Shown piece by piece: positions 58,200 through 64,000 of a stretch of 64,000 nt of DNA. The translations under genes and the position numbers were made by a program. The notes below the pieces were generated by a model. That model made no database searches, was not told the origin of the DNA, and worked only from the letters and a program-made list of their open reading frames with translations. Source of the stretch: an uncultured Fibrobacterota bacterium (GTDB lineage: Bacteria; Fibrobacterota; Chitinivibrionia; Chitinivibrionales; FEN-1185); assembly GCA_963729895.1 (NCBI GenBank), contig CAVSQB010000005.1, positions 377,943-441,942 on the forward strand, written 5' to 3'. The first letter of the stretch is position 1; every line of letters begins with the position of its first letter.

Positions 58200-59504
58200 C
58201 GCATTGCCTCAAATTAAATGTAACCGAAGGCTTAATCGAAACACGCACCAATTGATTCGTTGCCTCATAATTAAGGTAACCCAAGAAAAAAGGGGGTTAC
58301 CACTATGGGGCACAAAGAAAAAGAAGCATATCGGGAAGCGATACGACAACGATATGCCCATTCCAACAGAGCCGGCAAAAAGCAGATTCTCGATGAGTTT
58401 TGTGCGATTTGCCGATACAATCGCAAGTACGCTATCCGGCTACTTGGAAAACGCAAACAGAAACAAAAAGCCAAGCGTGGAAGAAGACCCTTATATGCTG
58501 AACCGCTTTTTATTAAGGCGTTACAGTACATCTGGAAAGCCTCTGATTTCATGTGCTCTCGCCGCCTTAAGGTTGTCATTCCAGTATGGCTGCCATTCTA
58601 CGAACAATCCTTTGAACTGCTTTCCGAGGAAGTCCGTGCGCGGCTCCTCTCTGTCAGCCGCTCCACGCTTGACCGCGTCCTATGCCCTTTACGTACGCGT
58701 ATGGGCAAGGGATTGTGCGGCACCAAGCCCGGCTCCATGCTGCGCAATCAAATCCCCATCCGTACCGACAACTGGGATATTACCCAGCCTGGATTCATGG
58801 AGGCGGATACGGTTGCCCATTGCGGCACCAGCCTTGCCGGAGAATTTGTGTGGAGCCTTATCATGACTGACATCCATACTGCTTGGACCGAAGGCCGTGC
58901 TGTGTGGAATAAGGGCTCCCAGGGTGTCATTGAGCAGGTTAAAGACATCGAACGACGAATACCTTTTGCCCTGCGTGGCTTTGACTGTGATAACGGGTCC
59001 GAGTTCCTCAACTATCATCTCGAACGCTACTTCGCCGTGCGACAAGACCCTGTAAAGTTCACCCGGTCACGTCCCTACAAGAAAAACGACAACGCCCATG
59101 TCGAACAGAAAAACTGGGCGCAGGCCAGGCACATGCTTGGTTATGATCGGATCGAAAACCCCGACACGCTTCCCCTCATTAACGACCTCTATGCCAACGA
59201 GTGGTCTCTCTATCAAAACCACTTCTGTCCATCGCTGAAACTCAAATCTAAAATCCGGATAGGATCTCGATACCGCAAGACCTATGAAGAACCGAAAACT
59301 CCCTATCAAAGAATCGTTGAATCACCTTACATAGCTTCAGAAGTCAAGCAAAGCCTTGAACTGACCCACCGTGCTCTCAATCCATTCCAATTAAAAAAGA
59401 CTATCGAAAGAAAACTCAAAACCATTTTCAACCTTGTTACGGTTACCTCATTTGTGAGGCATCGAATCTGACCCTTCGGTTACCTTTTATTATGAGGCAA
59501 CACG
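58200..59504 (+). mobile_element. DDE integrase-core IS (ISNCY/IS481-like), copy 2, intact (1305 bp)
   Basis: Ends CGCATTGCCTCA...TGAGGCAACACG; match to copy 1 stops exactly at the CG termini; no flanking direct repeat. Confidence 0.92.
58305..59471 (+). CDS. DDE transposase / integrase core domain
   Basis: GFMEADTVAHCG, DCDNGSEF, RPYKKNDNAHVEQKN (D, D, E). Confidence 0.92.
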   Translation: MGHKEKEAYREAIRQRYAHSNRAGKKQILDEFCAICRYNRKYAIRLLGKRKQKQKAKRGRRPLYAEPLFIKALQYIWKASDFMCSRRLKVVIPVWLPFYEQSFELLSEEVRARLLSVSRSTLDRVLCPLRTRMGKGLCGTKPGSMLRNQIPIRTDNWDITQPGFMEADTVAHCGTSLAGEFVWSLIMTDIHTAWTEGRAVWNKGSQGVIEQVKDIERRIPFALRGFDCDNGSEFLNYHLERYFAVRQDPVKFTRSRPYKKNDNAHVEQKNWAQARHMLGYDRIENPDTLPLINDLYANEWSLYQNHFCPSLKLKSKIRIGSRYRKTYEEPKTPYQRIVESPYIASEVKQSLELTHRALNPFQLKKTIERKLKTIFNLVTVTSFVRHRI

Positions 59505-59627
59505 CCGGATCCATTCGCGTATATGGTTCTCCCGCTGAAAGCGGACGGTCTTGGAGAATCCGGTCTCAAAACGTATATTTTCCGGTTTGCAGGCAGCAAT
59601 GGCCTCCAACAAAACCAAGGAGTCCGC

Positions 59628-60146
59628 ATGAACCTGGACACGGTGATCCGAAAAGTGCCGGATTTTCCCAAACCCGGCATCTTGTTTTACGATGTAACGA
59701 GTATCTTCACCAATCCGAAGGCGTACCGGTACGCAATCGAAGAAATGCTCACCTTGTACAAGGGCGCCGCTCTTGACGGCGTGATCGCAATCGAAAGCCG
59801 GGGCTTCCTTCTCGGTTCCTGCTTTGCCGTTGAGCGGGCGGTGCCGCTGGTGCTTGCCAGGAAGAAGGGCAAGCTGCCGGGCAAGACCATCGAAGAGAGC
59901 TACGCGCTCGAATACGGCCAGGCGACGCTGCAAGTCCACCGCGAAGACCTTGTGCCGGGAAGGTGGCTCATCGTCGATGACCTTATAGCAACCGGCGGCA
60001 CGCTCGAAGCAGTTGCAAAGATGGTTGAGCGCCAGGGAGGGGAAGTGGCAGGCATGTTCGGCATCATAGGTTTGCCGTTTCTCAAGTACGGGGAAAAAAT
60101 CGGAAAATACCATCCGAAGACCCTTATCGATTATTCCGGCGAGTAG
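59628..60146 (+). CDS. apt: Adenine phosphoribosyltransferase
   Basis: [40 protein letters not shown]. Confidence 0.95.
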   Translation: MNLDTVIRKVPDFPKPGILFYDVTSIFTNPKAYRYAIEEMLTLYKGAALDGVIAIESRGFLLGSCFAVERAVPLVLARKKGKLPGKTIEESYALEYGQATLQVHREDLVPGRWLIVDDLIATGGTLEAVAKMVERQGGEVAGMFGIIGLPFLKYGEKIGKYHPKTLIDYSGE

Positions 60147-60226
60147 ACCCGGTATCCCATGCAGTTCCGATTGTTCACAGCACTCTATCCGGCGCCCCTC
60201 GGGACCGCGCACAACGCAAGAACACC

Positions 60227-61615
60227 ATGAATGCCGACCGAATAAATACCGTACTCTCCGGCAGGAAAGCCGGGGATGCCGTGACGGTGGCCGGTTGGGT
60301 GCGCACGCGGCGCGACGCAAAAGCGTTCTCCTTTGTGGAAGTGAACGACGGTTCGTGCGCCGCATCCCTGCAGGTGATTGCAGACGCATCCCTGCCCAAT
60401 TACGAAACCGAGATCTTAAAATTGACAACCGGCAGCGCGGTTGCGTGCGAAGGCTTGCTTGCCGCGTCTGTGGGCAAGGGCCAGGCCCTTGAGTTGCGGG
60501 CGTCTGCGATCACCGTATTTTCCGTTGCGCCGCCGGACTACCCGCTCCAGAAGAAACATCACTCCTTCGAATTCCTCAGGGAAATCGGCCATTTGCGGCC
60601 GCGCACCAACACCATCGCGGCCGTGGCGCGCCTGCGCAACTCCATGAGCTTTGCCGTGCACACGTTTTTCCAGGAGCGCGGGTTCGCCTACGTGCACACG
60701 CCCATCATAAGCGCGAGCGACTGCGAAGGCGCCGGCGAACAGTTCCGGGTCACCACGCTCCCCTTGGACAATCTCCCCCGAAACGAACGGGGCGGCGTTG
60801 ACTTTACGCAGGACTTTTTCGGTAAGAAGGCGAGCCTTACGGTGAGCGGCCAGCTCGAGGCCGAAAGTTACGCACTGGCGCTGGGCCGGGTGTACACGTT
60901 CGGTCCCACGTTTCGGGCCGAAAATTCAAACACGCCCCGCCACCTTGCCGAATTCTGGATGATCGAGCCGGAAGCCGCGTTCTTCGACCTTGAGGACGAT
61001 ATGCGGCTCGCCGAAGATTTTGTGCGGTTCCTTGTTCGTCACGCGCTTGACAACAACAAAGATGACCTTGCCTTTTTCAACCAGCGCATCGATGCAACGC
61101 TGCTTTCCGTGCTTTCGAACATTGCCGGCAGCGACTTCGTGCGCCTGCCCTACGCCGAGGCAGTAGCGATCCTCGAAAAAGCGAACGACTCGTTTGAATT
61201 CAAGGTGCAGTGGGGCTCCGACCTGCAGTCGGAACACGAGCGCCATCTCACGGAGAAGACATTTGGAAAGCCTGTTATCGTGTACGATTACCCGAAACAG
61301 ATAAAGGCGTTCTACATGAAGCAGAACGATGACAACAAGACCGTTCGCGCCATGGACGTTCTCGTCCCGCGCATCGGGGAGCTTATCGGCGGAAGCCAGC
61401 GCGAAGACCGGTTCGACGTACTGCGGTCGCGCATTACGGAACTCGGTCTCTCCGAAAAGGACTACTGGTGGTACCTTGACTTGCGCAAATACGGCGGCGC
61501 GCCGCACGCGGGGTTCGGGCTCGGGTTCGAGCGCCTCATGCTGCTGGTCACCGGGCTGCAGAACATCCGGGAGGTGATCCCGTTTCCGCGGTGGCCGGGG
61601 AACGCGGAGTTTTAG
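60227..61615 (+). CDS. asnS: Asparagine--tRNA ligase
   Basis: [47 protein letters not shown]. Confidence 0.97.
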   Translation: MNADRINTVLSGRKAGDAVTVAGWVRTRRDAKAFSFVEVNDGSCAASLQVIADASLPNYETEILKLTTGSAVACEGLLAASVGKGQALELRASAITVFSVAPPDYPLQKKHHSFEFLREIGHLRPRTNTIAAVARLRNSMSFAVHTFFQERGFAYVHTPIISASDCEGAGEQFRVTTLPLDNLPRNERGGVDFTQDFFGKKASLTVSGQLEAESYALALGRVYTFGPTFRAENSNTPRHLAEFWMIEPEAAFFDLEDDMRLAEDFVRFLVRHALDNNKDDLAFFNQRIDATLLSVLSNIAGSDFVRLPYAEAVAILEKANDSFEFKVQWGSDLQSEHERHLTEKTFGKPVIVYDYPKQIKAFYMKQNDDNKTVRAMDVLVPRIGELIGGSQREDRFDVLRSRITELGLSEKDYWWYLDLRKYGGAPHAGFGLGFERLMLLVTGLQNIREVIPFPRWPGNAEF

Positions 61616-61770
61616 CGAATGCAGGATGATTGACGAAAAGGAATAGGCATTCATCCCGTGCGTAAACCTGAAGCACACCGGCTTACAAGGGTCTGCCCGG
61701 CGATCTCCGGAAATCGAGGCAACTGCTATCGATCAGGTCGACAAGACGCGCAAAAACCGGATGTTGTTCC

Positions 61771-62733
61771 ATGAAGAGAAGTTGTGGCGAAAGCGGCGTG
61801 GAAAACAGCGCGAACATGTCGCATGTCAAGGTATGCTTGCATCACGGCTTTCATGTTTGGAAAAATCGGTTTCTTCTACGAGGCTTGATTGTCCTATCGG
61901 CCATGTTGATGGCGCCGGTTGCTCTTGAATTCGCGCTGCGGCTGTTGCTACCCTACCCGCTGCTTCCACCCATATTTGATTACCCTCCATTTTACGTGCA
62001 AAAAAATATCCAAAAACAAAAAGGGTGCGATAGCGTCGCAGTTTGCACGTTCAATCAATGGGGCATTCGGGGTCCGTTCCGGACGTTTTCTTATGAAAAA
62101 ACGCTGCGAATATTCCTTGTTGGCAGCAGCTCAACAGCATGCTCGGATAACTCGGATACCGCGACTTGGGGATATGTCCTGCAAAGGCGTTTGCGGTCCA
62201 TAGATCCTTCTGTTGACGTCTATAATGCGGGAATTCGCGGAACAACTTCGGAGTCATATTGCGTATTGCTTGACAAATACATCCTGCGATTGCATCCCGA
62301 TGTGATTGTTTTCCTCATAGGTTCAACGGACTTGGACGTAAATCTGCATACTCAGGCCCGAATTCAGGGAAGTACCTGGGACAACCATTTTATCAAGAGG
62401 ACGAAGCCCTCATCACTTGGAACGTGGCTGCTTGCATATTCCAGAGTTGCCCAGGCAATTCACCTTGCTGTGCGATGGCACAACCGGGGTATCGATGTCC
62501 GAGACAATCGAACAATGTATTCCCCTCCAGAGCTTTCCGATCCCCTTACTCCGGAAGACAGCCTTCCAAGTGACGATAGCATGCTTGTTTGGCGTCCCCG
62601 TTTCGAGGCAAATATCGAAAAAATCGTGGTAGCGTGCAGGAACTGTCCGGTCCTGCCTGTTTTTGCGTTTGCGCCGGTAACTTATTCATGCCACGATAAG
62701 GACAAATTATTGCCTAACAGGTTGTTGAAATAG
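61771..62733 (+). pseudogene. SGNH/GDSL hydrolase-like protein, probably 3'-truncated by an IS5
   Basis: TM anchor, VGSSST, NAGIRG, PDVIVFLIG; no DxxH block; last codons read into the putative IS end. Confidence 0.6.
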
Positions 62734-64000
62734 TCCTAACAGAAGCGCTCTTGTTGATTTTTTATGAACCTAACTTCAACTTTACATATGTCAGAGAGGT
62801 TTTACCTGCCTCGTTCCGAGGCATTTCCCCGGATTCCCAGGCCATTCTCATGCTGCCCCCACCGTTTGCGGCATCAACTTAACCATGCGTATCAAGTTGT
62901 ACGCTGCGGCAACCACGTAGGCAACAGTCTGGTTGATTCGTATTCCTCTTACCCGAGTTTTCCGCAGGCCACCGACGCTCTTGATCCACCCAAATATCTC
63001 TTCAACCCGTTTTCGTTTCCGTTGACTTACGCTGTATCCCTTATGCCGAGTCGTTCTTCCATCCAACCCTTTAAGCGAAGTGTTGGCCTTCTCGGCAATG
63101 TGAGGCTTCACGTGCAGGCGTCGCAGGCTCTTGATAAATTCGGTTGCATGATACCCTTTGTCTGCACCCACCGTCTTCATCCGGCGTTTTCCGCGCCTGC
63201 GTTCATGCTTTATCAGCTCAAGCGCCATATCCCGTTCCGCTGTCCCCGTCGCTGGCGCAATGGCGATATCAACACACAACCCATTTCGGTTTTCCATCAG
63301 CACGTGACCGGAATACGCCAGCTGCGCTCCCGTTCTCTTGTTCTTCCGAGCCAACAGCGCCTCTGGATCGGTCGAACTCTGATGTGTCTCATTGCTTCGC
63401 TTCTCATGGTGGAAATCAACCGACGGATTACTCCGATCATCGTCAGTCTTGTTCGCCGATTCCGCGTCTTTTCGCTTGAAGCTCTTCATCGATGCCCAGG
63501 CTTCAATCAACGTGCCGTCAACCGTGAAATGCTCATCGGACAACAACTCTTCGGAACGAGCAAGACGCACGATTTCCTGCATCAGCCGGTGCGCAATCTC
63601 CTGTTCCATAAGTCGATCTCGGTTCTTCGAAAACACACTATGATCAAACGATGCCGCATCCAGATCCATGTCAAGAAACCATCGGAACAGAATGTTATAG
63701 TCCAGCATCTCGCAAAACAACCGGTCCGACCGTATCGAAAACAAAGCCATCAATATCTGTGCTTTCAAAAGCCATTCCGGCGGTATCGAAGGGCGTCCCA
63801 TCCGGCTGTACATCGCCTCAAAGTCACGAGAAAGGCGGCGCAGCGCTATGTCCGTAAACTGTTTGACACGACGAAGCGGGTGCGTTGCCGGCACTCGGGA
63901 ATCCGGAGAAACGAAGCTGAACATACCGCCTTGGGCTGGCTGGGAACCTCTCATCAATACTCCTTGGTTCGGGTTCCCCTATAATATAAGGATAAATGTT
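62718..64000 (-). mobile_element. IS5-family element (other end probably at or beyond the window edge)
   Basis: End-like CAGGTTGTTGAAATAG after CTAA; IS5 transposase inside. Confidence 0.75.
62848..63957 (-). CDS. IS5-family transposase
   Basis: GRPSIPPE.LLKA, VDGTLIEAWAS.KSF, GADKGY, RKRVEEIFGW.K, AAYNL. Confidence 0.93.
   Translation of the reverse strand: MMRGSQPAQGGMFSFVSPDSRVPATHPLRRVKQFTDIALRRLSRDFEAMYSRMGRPSIPPEWLLKAQILMALFSIRSDRLFCEMLDYNILFRWFLDMDLDAASFDHSVFSKNRDRLMEQEIAHRLMQEIVRLARSEELLSDEHFTVDGTLIEAWASMKSFKRKDAESANKTDDDRSNPSVDFHHEKRSNETHQSSTDPEALLARKNKRTGAQLAYSGHVLMENRNGLCVDIAIAPATGTAERDMALELIKHERRRGKRRMKTVGADKGYHATEFIKSLRRLHVKPHIAEKANTSLKGLDGRTTRHKGYSVSQRKRKRVEEIFGWIKSVGGLRKTRVRGIRINQTVAYVVAAAYNLIRMVKLMPQTVGAA

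Noticed and set aside
58159..58866. 235-aa overlapping ORF in the CG-ended IS (counterpart 27693-28205)
   Set aside because: Alternate frame that starts outside the element; no motifs; conserved only because the copies match.
62764..63984. 406-aa + strand ORF
   Set aside because: Antisense shadow of the IS5 transposase; no recognisable motifs.

Overview
A GC-rich bacterial chromosomal window. The organism is probably an anaerobic Gram-negative of the Fibrobacterota/Chitinivibrionia type; this is inferred only from the secreted proteins with T9SS-like C-terminal domains and is not proven. The window is mostly housekeeping: glucokinase, ligA, rlmM, xth, lpdA, rlmI, rho, proC, HU/IHF, a CIRCE-controlled groES-groEL-hrcA-grpE-dnaK-fic-dnaJ heat-shock cluster, rarA, ffh-rpsP-rimM-trmD-rplS, apt and asnS. 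Accessory content includes a GH3/outer-membrane-protein locus, a Ser/Thr kinase, an FHA protein, VapBC, a nucleotidyltransferase pair, a GGDEF protein and lower-GC exported proteins. Five IS copies are present: two inverted copies of a 1.3-kb DDE element with unusual CG termini (one interrupted by an IS3), an IS200-type tnpA element, and an IS5 that truncates an SGNH hydrolase. The best leads are: (i) a Fic-HTH gene between dnaK and dnaJ, translationally coupled to a degenerate copy of the dnaJ 5' end and followed by a 20-bp-arm palindrome; (ii) the end architecture of the CG-ended IS and a 17-bp hairpin deletion in one copy; (iii) two adjacent genes ending in transposase-like HTH domains; (iv) a candidate structured RNA next to an NrdR-like box. 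No tRNA, rRNA or CRISPR array was recognised. All family assignments come from motif recognition by eye; no database searches were run.
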